DNA of 45,946 nt from an uncultured Micavibrio sp. (GCA_964534895.1 CAZHQB010000002.1:1-45946); one strand, 5' to 3'. Shown: positions 32,683-42,255, counted from the stretch's first letter. Notes: generated by a model from the letters alone, not told the origin. Numbers and translations are program-made.

Positions 32683-33495
32683 ATGTTAAAAGTTTCAATT
32701 GCAGTACAAAGTTATAAAAATCCAGAGATGCTTTCTTTGTGTCTAAAGTCAGTGCAAAAATATTGTGCCGGGCTTGATTATGAAGTTATTGTTGCAGATG
32801 GAGAAACTGGAGAGGATACAAAGATGATGATGAGAGAGGATTTTGGTGATGTTATATTTATACCTCACGAAAAAAATGTTGGATTTGGTGCTATGGTGAA
32901 TGCATGTATTGATAAAGCGCAAGGTGAATACATATTTTTTATAAATTTTGATACAATTTTAGAAGAAAATACTGTGAGAAAATTTATTGAGTTTATGGAT
33001 GCAAATCAAAAAATTGGCATAGCTGGTCCAAAACAAAAAAATTTTAATGGTAATTATGAAAATACTAGATTTCGATTTTATCAGCCTCAGACGATTCTTT
33101 ATCGCAGAACTTTTTTAAAGCAATTTAATTTTGCTAAGAAACATTTAGATTTTTTTGAGATGAAAGATGTGAAAAATGATAAGCCGTATTCAGTTGATTG
33201 GGTCATTGGAAGTGCAATGTTTGTCAGAAAAAGTGCTATGGAGAAGGTGGGAAAGATGGATTCTAGATTCTTTATGTATATGGAGGATGTTGATTGGTGT
33301 AGGCGATTTTGGGAAAATGGATATATCGTGTGTTATAATCCACAGATAACCATGTACCATTTTTACGGTAAAGGAAGTGCAAAAGGTGGATTAAAAGGAT
33401 TATTTTTTAATAAATTAACGTGGGTACATATTTCAAGTGGAGTTAAATATTTTTGGAAATATCGAAATAAAAAAAAGCCTAATATACTAAATTAA
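32683..33495 (+). CDS. Glycosyltransferase family 2
   Basis: N-terminus VSIAVQSYKNPEMLSLCLKSV, plus the VADGETGED and MEDVDWCRR motifs. Confidence 0.8.
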   Translation: MLKVSIAVQSYKNPEMLSLCLKSVQKYCAGLDYEVIVADGETGEDTKMMMREDFGDVIFIPHEKNVGFGAMVNACIDKAQGEYIFFINFDTILEENTVRKFIEFMDANQKIGIAGPKQKNFNGNYENTRFRFYQPQTILYRRTFLKQFNFAKKHLDFFEMKDVKNDKPYSVDWVIGSAMFVRKSAMEKVGKMDSRFFMYMEDVDWCRRFWENGYIVCYNPQITMYHFYGKGSAKGGLKGLFFNKLTWVHISSGVKYFWKYRNKKKPNILN

Positions 33496-33504
33496 ATTAA
33501 TATT

Positions 33505-34794
33505 ATGGAACAATATCAAGAAAAAAAAGAAATAGAGAACACAAAACAATCAGAGCAACCACAAAAACATTCATCACGAATTCTGATCGTTTTTGTTGCA
33601 TTATTTTTTTCAGCAGTTTTTTTTATTTTTGGATTTAGTGTTGGTAAAGGACAACATCCAGTGTCAGTGCCACTTGATCTTGCAGTGGTTAAAAATAAAC
33701 ATAGTGATGATAAAGTAGATTTTAAATTATTTTGGGATGTGTGGGATTTAGTGAAAAAAAAGTATGTTGATCATGATTCACTGAAAGCACAAGACATGAT
33801 AAATGGAGCTATAAATGGGATGCTTAGCGCTACTGGAGATCCTTACACTATATTTTTGGATGAAAAACATTTAAGTGCATTAAACGAAGAGTTAAATGGA
33901 AGTTTTGAAGGTATTGGGGCAGAAGTTGGGATAAAAGACAATATTTTGACGGTTATAGCTCCGCTAGAGGATTCGCCAGCACAAAAAGCTGGATTAAAGG
34001 CTGGGGATAAAATTATAGAGATAGAAGGTCAACAGACGGGAGAGTTAACGATTGATGAAGCGGTTGAGAAGATGCGTGGTAAAAAAGGTAGTGAATTACA
34101 TTTAAAAATATTTCGTGTTGTTGGTGAGGATACTCAAACAAAAGATATTGTGATTGTACGTGATACAATTCATATTGATAGTGTACGTGTTGACTTTTTA
34201 GAAAATGATATTGCACATGTTAAACTTATGCAGTTTGGAGAAGACACAATTAAAGAATTTAATAAAGTTATTTCACAAGTAAAGTTACATAAATCAAAGG
34301 GTATAATTTTAGATATGAGAAATGATCCCGGTGGGATTTTGCATACCGCAGTTGTGATTGCTAGCAAATTTTTACCTGAGCATTCTATCGTTGTTATGGA
34401 AGAAGATGCTCAAAAGAAGCGTACAAAACTTTATACTACAGGAGCACATCCACTCATTGATGCGCCAATAGTTATTCTTTTAAATGAAGGAAGTGCTAGT
34501 GCATCAGAAATTTTGGCAGGAGCATTGAGAGATAATCGTAGTGATGTAATAATAGTTGGTAAACAATCATTTGGCAAAGGTTCAGTACAAGAATTAATAC
34601 CAACAAGTGCAATAACCGCGGCAAAAATAACAGTAGCAAAGTGGTTGACTCCAAATGGTGAACAAATAAATAAAAAAGGGATTAAACCAGATGTGAAAAT
34701 AGAATATACTGAGGATGATTACAAAAATAATGTGGACCCTCAACTTGACAAAGCAATTGAGATTATGTTAAAAAAGATTAAAGATAAGAACTAG
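33505..34794 (+). CDS. S41 family C-terminal processing peptidase
   Basis: TM anchor, PDZ region (GIGAEVG...SPAQKAGLKAGDKIIEIEG), and catalytic region (GSASASEILAGAL...GKQSFGKG). Confidence 0.85.
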   Translation: MEQYQEKKEIENTKQSEQPQKHSSRILIVFVALFFSAVFFIFGFSVGKGQHPVSVPLDLAVVKNKHSDDKVDFKLFWDVWDLVKKKYVDHDSLKAQDMINGAINGMLSATGDPYTIFLDEKHLSALNEELNGSFEGIGAEVGIKDNILTVIAPLEDSPAQKAGLKAGDKIIEIEGQQTGELTIDEAVEKMRGKKGSELHLKIFRVVGEDTQTKDIVIVRDTIHIDSVRVDFLENDIAHVKLMQFGEDTIKEFNKVISQVKLHKSKGIILDMRNDPGGILHTAVVIASKFLPEHSIVVMEEDAQKKRTKLYTTGAHPLIDAPIVILLNEGSASASEILAGALRDNRSDVIIVGKQSFGKGSVQELIPTSAITAAKITVAKWLTPNGEQINKKGIKPDVKIEYTEDDYKNNVDPQLDKAIEIMLKKIKDKN

Positions 34795-34822
34795 TTCTTT
34801 ATATAAAAAGGAGTTGATTAAG

Positions 34823-35017
34823 ATGAATGAGAATATTAGAGTATTTCCAGAATTTTGTCCAAGAGAGACAAGAAAATTTATGCAAGCAATGCAGTGGACA
34901 ATAAAATATTTGCCATATCAGATTGCTATTAAAGTTGATATAAAAAATATCGTATATGCCTGCGTTGGTTGTGTGGAGGGAAAATGTAAATTTAGAAAAT
35001 GTGAATATAAGTTATAG
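34823..35017 (+). CDS. Hypothetical small Cys-rich protein
   Basis: RBS aaaggag lies 9 nt before the ATG at 34823. C-terminus CVGCVEGKCKFRKC. Confidence 0.4.
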   Translation: MNENIRVFPEFCPRETRKFMQAMQWTIKYLPYQIAIKVDIKNIVYACVGCVEGKCKFRKCEYKL

Positions 35018-35021
35018 ATAT

Positions 35022-35055
35022 AACCGGCAATGGTAGTAACAATGCCGGTTTTTGT
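35022..35055 (+). terminator. Rho-independent terminator
   Basis: 8-bp stem aaccggca/tgccggtt followed by TTTTTG. Confidence 0.6.
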
Positions 35056-35059
35056 TAAA

Positions 35060-35086
35060 TTAGCACTGTACTTGACGGAGTGCTAA
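35060..35086 (+). promoter_or_regulatory. CIRCE operator (HrcA binding site)
   Basis: TTAGCACTG-N9-GAGTGCTAA compared with the consensus TTAGCACTC-N9-GAGTGCTAA. It lies directly upstream of groES. Confidence 0.85.
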
Positions 35087-35099
35087 TATTTGGTATAAT
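35072..35099 (+). promoter_or_regulatory. Sigma70-like groES promoter overlapping CIRCE
   Basis: TTGACG (35072-35077), 16-nt spacer, TATAAT (35094-35099). Confidence 0.55.
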
Positions 35100-35134
35100 T
35101 ATATATGTTTAATAAGTATTAATTAAATAATGAT

Positions 35135-35410
35135 ATGAGTACAAAAATTATACCACTTGGTGATAATGTATTAATCAAACCAAAATCACAAGAAACTAAA
35201 ACTGCGTCAGGAATTTACATTCCAGATACAGCCTCAAATGAAAAATCAGCAGAAGGCGAAGTAATTGCAATTGGAGAAAATGAGAAAATTTCTGTATCTA
35301 AGGGACAAATGGTAATGTTTAAAAAATATGGAGGCGAAGAAATAAAAGTGGATAATGAAGATTATATTATTGTAAAAAATGGAGATATAATTGCAATTGT
35401 AGAACAATAA
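35135..35410 (+). CDS. groES: Co-chaperonin GroES
   Basis: 91 aa: IIPLGDNVLIKP...TASGIYIPDTA...GEVIAIG... Confidence 0.9.
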   Translation: MSTKIIPLGDNVLIKPKSQETKTASGIYIPDTASNEKSAEGEVIAIGENEKISVSKGQMVMFKKYGGEEIKVDNEDYIIVKNGDIIAIVEQ

Positions 35411-35420
35411 AAAAATAATA

Positions 35421-35449
35421 AAATTTGGGCAAGTTGCCCAAATTTTTTA
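35421..35449 (+). terminator. Rho-independent terminator after groES
   Basis: 12-bp arms aaatttgggcaa/ttgcccaaattt followed by a T-run. Confidence 0.7.
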
Positions 35450-35489
35450 TATTGATGATAAAAAATTTGGTGTCAAATATATCAAATAT

Positions 35490-36467
35490 ATGAAATATAC
35501 GGATATACTTTATGGGGAGGTGAATATTCTAGAGAATGTTATTGTGGATATTATAAATACAAAAGATTTTCAGCGATTGGAAGGAATAGATCAAGCTGGT
35601 TATTTTGAAGTGTATTTTCCAGGCACTAAACATTCGCGTTTTGAGCATTCGTTGGGGTGTTATTTATTGTTGGAAAAGTTTAATGCTTCGATTGAAGAGC
35701 GGATTGCAGGACTTATACATGATATGTCACATAGTGCTTTTTCACATGTGGCAGATTATGTTTTTGAAGGTGGTAGAGGTGCAGATCATAATTATCAAGA
35801 TGATATTTTTAAAGATTTTATATTGCAAACTGACGTTCCAAAAATATTAAAGCGGTATGGATTTGATGTGAATTATATATTGGATGAGAGTAATTTTCCA
35901 CTGCAGGAGACAAAATTACCAGATATATGTGCTGATAGGATTGATTATTCTTTAAGAGGTGCCATCATTTTTAAAATTATTAATAAAAAGACAGCGAATG
36001 ACATATTAAATCATTTAAAAATACTTAATGAGAAGTGGGTTTTTGATAATTTTGAATATGCTAAAAAATATGCTCAGATATTTAAAAAACTAAATGACGT
36101 ATATTATTCAAATAAAGAGACCGCGGCAATGTTTTTGCGTACGAGTAATTGGATCAAATATGCAATAGATAAAAAATATATAACATTTGATGAATTATAT
36201 ACAACAGATGATAAAGTAATTAAAAAAATAAATAAGCATATAAATAAAGATGATAAACTTAGGGAATTATGGAAAATAATGAATAATTCAAAAATTGCAT
36301 TAGGAACAAAAAAAGATATTAATACAATTAAAGTTGTGGTAAAATCACGTATTGTAGATCCATTATTTATACAAGGCGATGATATAAAACGTATTTCAGA
36401 TTACGATTGCGATTGGAATAATATATTAAAAAAGGAAATACAACCAAAAACTTATTATTTGAAATAG
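35490..36467 (+). CDS. HD domain metal-dependent phosphohydrolase
   Basis: HSRFEHSLG and GLIHDMSHSAFSH (HD motif), plus DRIDYSLR. Confidence 0.8.
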   Translation: MKYTDILYGEVNILENVIVDIINTKDFQRLEGIDQAGYFEVYFPGTKHSRFEHSLGCYLLLEKFNASIEERIAGLIHDMSHSAFSHVADYVFEGGRGADHNYQDDIFKDFILQTDVPKILKRYGFDVNYILDESNFPLQETKLPDICADRIDYSLRGAIIFKIINKKTANDILNHLKILNEKWVFDNFEYAKKYAQIFKKLNDVYYSNKETAAMFLRTSNWIKYAIDKKYITFDELYTTDDKVIKKINKHINKDDKLRELWKIMNNSKIALGTKKDINTIKVVVKSRIVDPLFIQGDDIKRISDYDCDWNNILKKEIQPKTYYLK

Positions 36468-36598
36468 GCAAATTATTTTTAAACGGACGTTTGCAAGGAG
36501 GATAAAAATATGATATTATGAACTATGTCTATAATATGTGTGATTATATAAATGAACGTATTTTATTGATGTATTGAAAAGTATAAAAGAAAAAATAT

Positions 36599-37204
36599 AT
36601 GATAGAACAACAAAATGAACAAGAAAGTATGAAAGATTTTATTATTGAGGTAGTAAAAATGTTTTTATTGGCGCTTATTATTATTGTGCCTGTGAGAATG
36701 TTTCTTTTTCAACCATTTATTGTCCGAGGTGCAAGTATGGAGCCTAATTTTGTAGAAAAAAATTATCTCATTGTCAATGAATTTGGATATAAAAATACAC
36801 CAGTAAATATTTTTGGTAAAAATATTATTACAATAAAGCCTCGTAAAGAATTGAAAAGACAAGAGATTGTTGTATTTCGAGCACCTAGGGATGAGTCTCA
36901 ATATTATATTAAACGTGTAATAGGACTTCCAGGAGAAACAGTGAAAATTGATAATGGTGTTGTGATGATTTATAATAGTGATTCACCAAATGGTCGTGTA
37001 TTAAATGAGAAAGAGTATCTACCAGCAGGTCGCAAAACTAATGGTACTCGTGAAGTAAAACTTGGCAAAAATGAATATTACGTTTTAGGCGATAATCGTC
37101 CAGCAAGCAGTGATTCGAGATCATTTGGTCCAATAAAGAAAAAAAGTATTATAGGTAAAGTTGTTCTTAGGGCGTGGCCTGTGACAAATTTTACAATTTT
37201 TTAG
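36599..37204 (+). CDS. lepB: Signal peptidase I
   Basis: TM anchor, RGASMEPNF (catalytic Ser), YIKRVIGLPGE, and GDNRPASSDSR. Confidence 0.85.
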   Translation: MIEQQNEQESMKDFIIEVVKMFLLALIIIVPVRMFLFQPFIVRGASMEPNFVEKNYLIVNEFGYKNTPVNIFGKNIITIKPRKELKRQEIVVFRAPRDESQYYIKRVIGLPGETVKIDNGVVMIYNSDSPNGRVLNEKEYLPAGRKTNGTREVKLGKNEYYVLGDNRPASSDSRSFGPIKKKSIIGKVVLRAWPVTNFTIF

Positions 37205-37257
37205 TCACTATATTCAAAAGTTCGTTGGACATTAATTAATCTATAGATATAATTATT

Positions 37258-38766
37258 ATGGCACGAAGAAAAAAAGCTACAAAAAAAGTGGCTAACAAAA
37301 GAAAAGTGAGAAAAAAAATAACTAGAAAAAAAATAGCTAAGAAAAAAGCTACAAAAAAAAAGATAACAAATAAAATAACAAGAAAAACAATAAAAGACAT
37401 TTCAAATAATATTGAAAAGTCTATCAAACTCGTTAAATCATCCAACAATGATAGTGATCTTGCAAATGGACAAATAGCTTTGCAAACAGTACGTGGAATG
37501 AGAGATATTTTGCCAGGAGATCAGGCATATTGGCAACAAATTCGTAAAATTTTTGAAAAACGGTCAGTAGAATATGGTTTTTCGCGTGTTGATACACCTG
37601 TTGTAGAGTTAGAGAGTCTTTTTACAAAAGCGATTGGTAAAAATACGGATATAATTAATTCAGAATTATATGCCTTCAATGCAAAAAGTGGTGATAGGGT
37701 GGCACTTAGACCGGAATTGACGGCATCTGTTGTACGAGCATATATTCAGCATGGTATGACTATATTACCAAAACCCATCAAATTATTTTCTATGGGTTCA
37801 GTGTACAGATATGATAAACCTGGTGAAGGACGTTATAGAGAATTTCATCAAGCGGAATTTAATATTTTTGGAGAGGATGATGCCATTTTGGATGCACAAG
37901 TTATGCAAATTGCACATCGAGTTTTGAAAAGCTTGGGCATTAAAAATATTCAATTTCGTGTAAATTCAATTGGTACTGAAGAATCTCGCAGTGAATATTT
38001 AAAATTACTTACAGCATATTTTCAATCAAAAAAAAGTAAATTACCATTAAAGTATCGTGATATAATAAAAACTAATCCAATGCGTATTTTTGATGCAAAA
38101 GATGATAAGTGTATGCAAGTTTGTGCTGGAGCTCCTCAAGCCATTGATCATCTTGATAAAGAATCACGTGAGCATTTTAAAAATCTATTAGAATATTTAG
38201 ATGAACTAGACCTTGCCTACATAATTGATTCACATTTAGTTAGAGGACTTGATTATTACACAAGAACTGTATTTGAAATGTCTGTTGTTGATGAACGTGG
38301 GTTGAGACATTCTTTGGGCGGCGGCGGACGTTTTGATGGATTAGTTGAGTTATTTGGGGGTGAACCAACCCCAGCAATTGGTTTTGCGTTTGGAATTGAT
38401 AGGCTTGTTATAGAAATGAAACGTGTAAAAGCAAAGAAGTATCAGGCATCACAACCTCGTGTATTTTTAGCTCAACTTGGTGATTTGGCAAAAAAGAAAA
38501 GTTTGCAAATATTTGCAGATATTGAGCAATCTGGTATTTTGGTTGCGGAGAGTTTTGGTCGTGGAGCGCTTAAAGCACAATTGCGATACGCAAGTAAATT
38601 GGGTGTGGACCTTACATTAATTATAGGACAACAGGAAGCACTTGATGATACTGTTATTGTAAAAAATATGGTTACAGGTACACAAGAGACAATTACCAGA
38701 GATAAGACTGTGGCTTTTGTAAAAAAGGGTCTAAAAGAAATATCTAAACTTGTAAAAAGAAAATAA
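37258..38766 (+). CDS. hisS: Histidine--tRNA ligase with a ~72-aa Lys-rich N-terminal extension
   Basis: Core motifs RGMRDILP, LRPELTASVVRAY, FHQAEFNIFG and GGGGRFDGL. The N-terminus is MARRKKATKKVANKRKVRKKITRKKIAKKKATKKKITNKITRK. Confidence 0.9.
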   Translation: MARRKKATKKVANKRKVRKKITRKKIAKKKATKKKITNKITRKTIKDISNNIEKSIKLVKSSNNDSDLANGQIALQTVRGMRDILPGDQAYWQQIRKIFEKRSVEYGFSRVDTPVVELESLFTKAIGKNTDIINSELYAFNAKSGDRVALRPELTASVVRAYIQHGMTILPKPIKLFSMGSVYRYDKPGEGRYREFHQAEFNIFGEDDAILDAQVMQIAHRVLKSLGIKNIQFRVNSIGTEESRSEYLKLLTAYFQSKKSKLPLKYRDIIKTNPMRIFDAKDDKCMQVCAGAPQAIDHLDKESREHFKNLLEYLDELDLAYIIDSHLVRGLDYYTRTVFEMSVVDERGLRHSLGGGGRFDGLVELFGGEPTPAIGFAFGIDRLVIEMKRVKAKKYQASQPRVFLAQLGDLAKKKSLQIFADIEQSGILVAESFGRGALKAQLRYASKLGVDLTLIIGQQEALDDTVIVKNMVTGTQETITRDKTVAFVKKGLKEISKLVKRK

Positions 38767-38776
38767 TTATGTTAGT

Positions 38777-39133
38777 ATGAATCATTGTATATTTTGTAAA
38801 ATTGTAAATAAAGAATTGCCAGCAGAGATTCTTTATGAAGATGATAAAGTTTTAGCATTTCCGGACATCGCACAAATAGCACCTATTCATATTTTGGTTA
38901 TTCCTAAGGAACACATTGCTTCAATTAATGAACTTTCTGGTAATATTGGCGAGAAAATTGCGGGAAGATTGATTATGGTTGCAAAAAAGTTAGCAGAAGA
39001 GAGGAATATTAGTGAGAATGGTTATAAATTATTATTTAGAGTTGGTGAAGACGGTGGGCAAGAAGTTCCTCACATTCATTTACATTTAATAGGTGGTGCG
39101 CCACTTAGTGAAAAGATATATCCTTCAAAATAA
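38777..39133 (+). CDS. HIT family (histidine triad) protein
   Basis: N-terminus CIFCKIV and HIT motif VPHIHLHLIGG. Confidence 0.85.
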   Translation: MNHCIFCKIVNKELPAEILYEDDKVLAFPDIAQIAPIHILVIPKEHIASINELSGNIGEKIAGRLIMVAKKLAEERNISENGYKLLFRVGEDGGQEVPHIHLHLIGGAPLSEKIYPSK

Positions 39134-39225
39134 ATGATGATGTAAAGTAAATATATGAAGATGTTTGTTTAATCATCCACATTTAATTTGAGGTGGAATA
39201 AATTTATAGAAAGGAGTGTGACTCA

Positions 39226-39489
39226 ATGGTTTACGTATATAAAAAAGATGATCGAGAGACAACAGAAAATATGATTAAACGTTTTACGCGTCGTATGCAA
39301 CAAAGTGGTGTTCTTATGCATGTTCGTAGAAATCGGTTTGATATTCCCAAAAAAAGTAAGATAGCTCGTAGAGAAGAGGCTTTATACAAAAACAAGATGC
39401 GTAAAGAAGTCGATAAACTTAAAAAACTTGGTCGTTTTGATGATGATTCATTTAAGGAACTTAAGAAAAAGATTAAGAAAGAAAAATAG
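39226..39489 (+). CDS. rpsU: 30S ribosomal protein S21
   Basis: IKRFTRRMQQSGVLMHVRRNRFDIPKKSKIARREE is S21-like. RBS aaaggag. Confidence 0.85.
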   Translation: MVYVYKKDDRETTENMIKRFTRRMQQSGVLMHVRRNRFDIPKKSKIARREEALYKNKMRKEVDKLKKLGRFDDDSFKELKKKIKKEK

Positions 39490-39598
39490 GATTATAGTTT
39501 GATTGAGGTTTTGATGTAATTTGTTATGTATACAAATTCTTTTGGTAATTTGTATACAAAAAGAAATTTATATCTTTTAATAGTTAAAATAAATAAAT

Positions 39599-40054
39599 AT
39601 GACAATTTGTGAACAAATTTCAAGTGATATTAAGGAGGCAATGAAATCGAAAAATATTGAAAAGCGAGACGTTTTGCGTTCTCTTGATAATATGATAAAA
39701 AATGAAAAAATTGCACAGGGTAAGCAAAAAGATGATTTAGGTGATGACGCTGTTATCACTTTAGTCAAGCGTGCTATAAAACAAAGAAAAGATAGCGCAG
39801 AACAGTTTAAGAATGGTGGACGAGATGATTTAGCCAAAAAAGAGGAACGCGAAATTAATTTTATTGAAAAATATTTGCCAAAACAAATGACTAAGGAGGA
39901 AGTGCGTGTGATAGTGAAAAAGATTATAACTGACTTAAATGCAACAAATAATGGTGATATGGGTAGAGTTATGAGAGATGTTATGAAAGCTGTAGGTAAC
40001 GCAACTGACGGTAATACAGTTCGTAAAATAGTAGAGGATATTTTATCAGAATAG
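39599..40054 (+). CDS. GatB/YqeY domain protein
   Basis: I.SDIKEAMKSKNIEKRDVLRSL and KQRKDSAEQFKNGGRDDLAKKEEREI match the YqeY pattern. Confidence 0.8.
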   Translation: MTICEQISSDIKEAMKSKNIEKRDVLRSLDNMIKNEKIAQGKQKDDLGDDAVITLVKRAIKQRKDSAEQFKNGGRDDLAKKEEREINFIEKYLPKQMTKEEVRVIVKKIITDLNATNNGDMGRVMRDVMKAVGNATDGNTVRKIVEDILSE

Positions 40055-40063
40055 AATTTTTGT

Positions 40064-40513
40064 ATGAAAGTGAATGTTGAAATAAATGCAGCTATAAAAA
40101 ATAAATATGACAAAGAATTATTGATACAAATTGCACAAAAAACAATAGAAATTTCTGACATTGTTAATTGTGAGAATAAAGAAATAACTCTGAGTGTCGC
40201 TATAGTGGATGAGGTCGAAATGAAACGAATTAATAAACAATTACGTGGATGTAATGTTGTCACAGATGTTTTATCTATTGGAGATTATAGTGATGAAAAG
40301 AATATTGCAGAAGAAACTAAAATTGAGATATTCCTAGGCGAAGTAATTTTATGCTATAATTATATAGAAAGAAGTGCATGTGAAAATAATGATGACGTTG
40401 ATAAAGAATTTTTTACTATATATGCGCATGGTGTGTTACATTTACTTGGATTTGCGCATGGTAAAAAAATGTTTCGTTTGCAAGATAATATTGGTAAGAA
40501 ATTTGTAAAATAA
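40064..40513 (+). CDS. ybeY: rRNA maturation RNase YbeY
   Basis: Zinc motif HGVLHLLGFAHG. The upstream TDVLSI motif is also present. Confidence 0.8.
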   Translation: MKVNVEINAAIKNKYDKELLIQIAQKTIEISDIVNCENKEITLSVAIVDEVEMKRINKQLRGCNVVTDVLSIGDYSDEKNIAEETKIEIFLGEVILCYNYIERSACENNDDVDKEFFTIYAHGVLHLLGFAHGKKMFRLQDNIGKKFVK

Positions 40514-40519
40514 TATTTT

Positions 40520-40882
40520 ATGAAAAATCGTTCAATTAACTATAGTGTTAAAGCAGCTTTTCGTGGTATAATATTTACATTTCAGAATGAGAGAAATTTT
40601 CGTATAGAAATTTATATAGCAGTGTTTGTGTTTTTGTTTTTATTTATATTACATGCAACACTTGTACAAACTGCGATTATTGTAACCATGATTTTTTTGG
40701 TTCTTATGATAGAGCTTATGAATACTGCGATTGAACGTGTAGTTGATATACTCAAACCACGTAAACACCCATATGCAAGAGTGATTAAAGACGTGTCAGC
40801 TGCTACAGTTTTGGTTCTTAGTATTGGAGCTAGTATTGTGGGAGTTATTATTTTTGTTCCGCTTATTGCAAAAATACTTTAA
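40520..40882 (+). CDS. dgkA: Diacylglycerol/undecaprenol kinase (DgkA family)
   Basis: 120 aa with three TM helices, plus NERNFRIE and ELMNTAIERVVD. Confidence 0.8.
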   Translation: MKNRSINYSVKAAFRGIIFTFQNERNFRIEIYIAVFVFLFLFILHATLVQTAIIVTMIFLVLMIELMNTAIERVVDILKPRKHPYARVIKDVSAATVLVLSIGASIVGVIIFVPLIAKIL

Positions 40883-40896
40883 ATAAAAATAATTTT

Positions 40897-42147
40897 ATGA
40901 ATACAAATATCATTACAAGTATAGATTTGGGTTCTTCTGTTGTTAGGTGTGTTATTGCAACTATTGCAGATGAGGATGAGCAAATCCGAATATTAGGAGT
41001 AGGAATTGCAGAATCAAAAGGCATGCGTCGTGGAGCAGTTATTGATGTAAATGATGCTGCTGATTCTATTGCAGAAGCTGTTGAAAAAGCGGAACAAATG
41101 AGTGGTGAAAAAGTAAAGAGCGCCATTGTAAGCATTGGTGGGGCAGGTATTATTGTGACAGAGTCGCAGGGAGTTATAGCAATTGGTCGTGCTGATGGTG
41201 AAGTAAATGAAGATGACGTCATACGTGTTATAGAAGCAGCACAAGCAGTATCAATTCCAACAAACAATGAAATCATACATGTTATTCCAAGATCATTTCG
41301 CCTTGATGATCAAAGAGATATTAAGGAACCAATCGGTTTACGTGGTGTGCGATTAGAAGTTGATGCGGTTATTATAGAGGCTCCAAGTACACATGTCAAA
41401 AACTTAACAAGTGCGATGGAACGAGCTGATATCACAATCACTGACTTTATAATTGAACCTCTTGCAGCAGCAGAATCAACTTTGACGAAAAAACAAAAAG
41501 AGTTAGGAGTTATTCTAATAAATTTAGGAGCAAGTACAACTTCAATTGCTGTATATGAAGAAGGTGAGTTGTTCCATACAGCAGTTTTGCCAGTTGGGTC
41601 TGATTTTATTACACACGATGTGGCGATAGGACTTAGAACGGAAATTGATATTGCTGAAAAAATTAAATTTGAATATGGCAGTGCAAATATGGAAGGTATT
41701 AATAAAAAAGATATGATTGATCTATCACATATTGATGAATCAGAAATAGAACCAATATATCATTATTATGTTTTGGAAATTATACAAGCGAGGCTTGATG
41801 AAATCTTTAATCTTGTTGTAGAAGAGTTAAAGTCTATTGGTAAAGATCAACTATTGCCAGCGGGTGCTGTGCTTACTGGTGGAGGAGCCCATATGCCTCA
41901 TATTGTAGAATTTGCAAAAGATAAGTTACGTTTGCCAGTGAGTATTGGTCAACCAGCAAATCTTTTGGGAGTTGTGGATCACGTTGATGATTCATCATAT
42001 GCAACAATAATTGGACTTGTTTTATGGGCAATGGAAGATGATAGTTTACAGTCTTTTGGAGGAAGAGATACAATGGGCATAATTGGTTCTGGAGCAAAAG
42101 AAATCAGTAATAAAATACGAAATATATTTGGTAAGTTTTTACCATAA
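40897..42147 (+). CDS. ftsA: Cell division protein FtsA
   Basis: Actin-fold motifs (IDLGSS, INLGASTTSIAV, LTGGGA). Located upstream of ftsZ. Confidence 0.9.
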   Translation: MNTNIITSIDLGSSVVRCVIATIADEDEQIRILGVGIAESKGMRRGAVIDVNDAADSIAEAVEKAEQMSGEKVKSAIVSIGGAGIIVTESQGVIAIGRADGEVNEDDVIRVIEAAQAVSIPTNNEIIHVIPRSFRLDDQRDIKEPIGLRGVRLEVDAVIIEAPSTHVKNLTSAMERADITITDFIIEPLAAAESTLTKKQKELGVILINLGASTTSIAVYEEGELFHTAVLPVGSDFITHDVAIGLRTEIDIAEKIKFEYGSANMEGINKKDMIDLSHIDESEIEPIYHYYVLEIIQARLDEIFNLVVEELKSIGKDQLLPAGAVLTGGGAHMPHIVEFAKDKLRLPVSIGQPANLLGVVDHVDDSSYATIIGLVLWAMEDDSLQSFGGRDTMGIIGSGAKEISNKIRNIFGKFLP

Positions 42148-42255
42148 AAATGTATATTTGGCAAGCAAACATTGACAGTTATCTAAAACACATGGTACAG
42201 TAGTAAACTGTAAGGATAATTTTTTGAAATATTATTTAATTAGTAGATTAATGAT

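Noticed and set aside
37236-37448. Minus-strand 70-aa ORF antisense to the hisS 5' end, plus the 114-aa and 98-aa ORFs at 45343-45687 and 45371-45667.
   Set aside because: They are poly-Phe/Leu mirror images of the AAR-rich Lys repeats on the plus strand. They have no RBS, and the sense strand has clear gene context.
39577-40263. 228-aa minus-strand ORF.
   Set aside because: It is fully antisense to the well-supported yqeY and ybeY genes, has low-complexity Ser/Ile/Phe-rich composition, and has no RBS.
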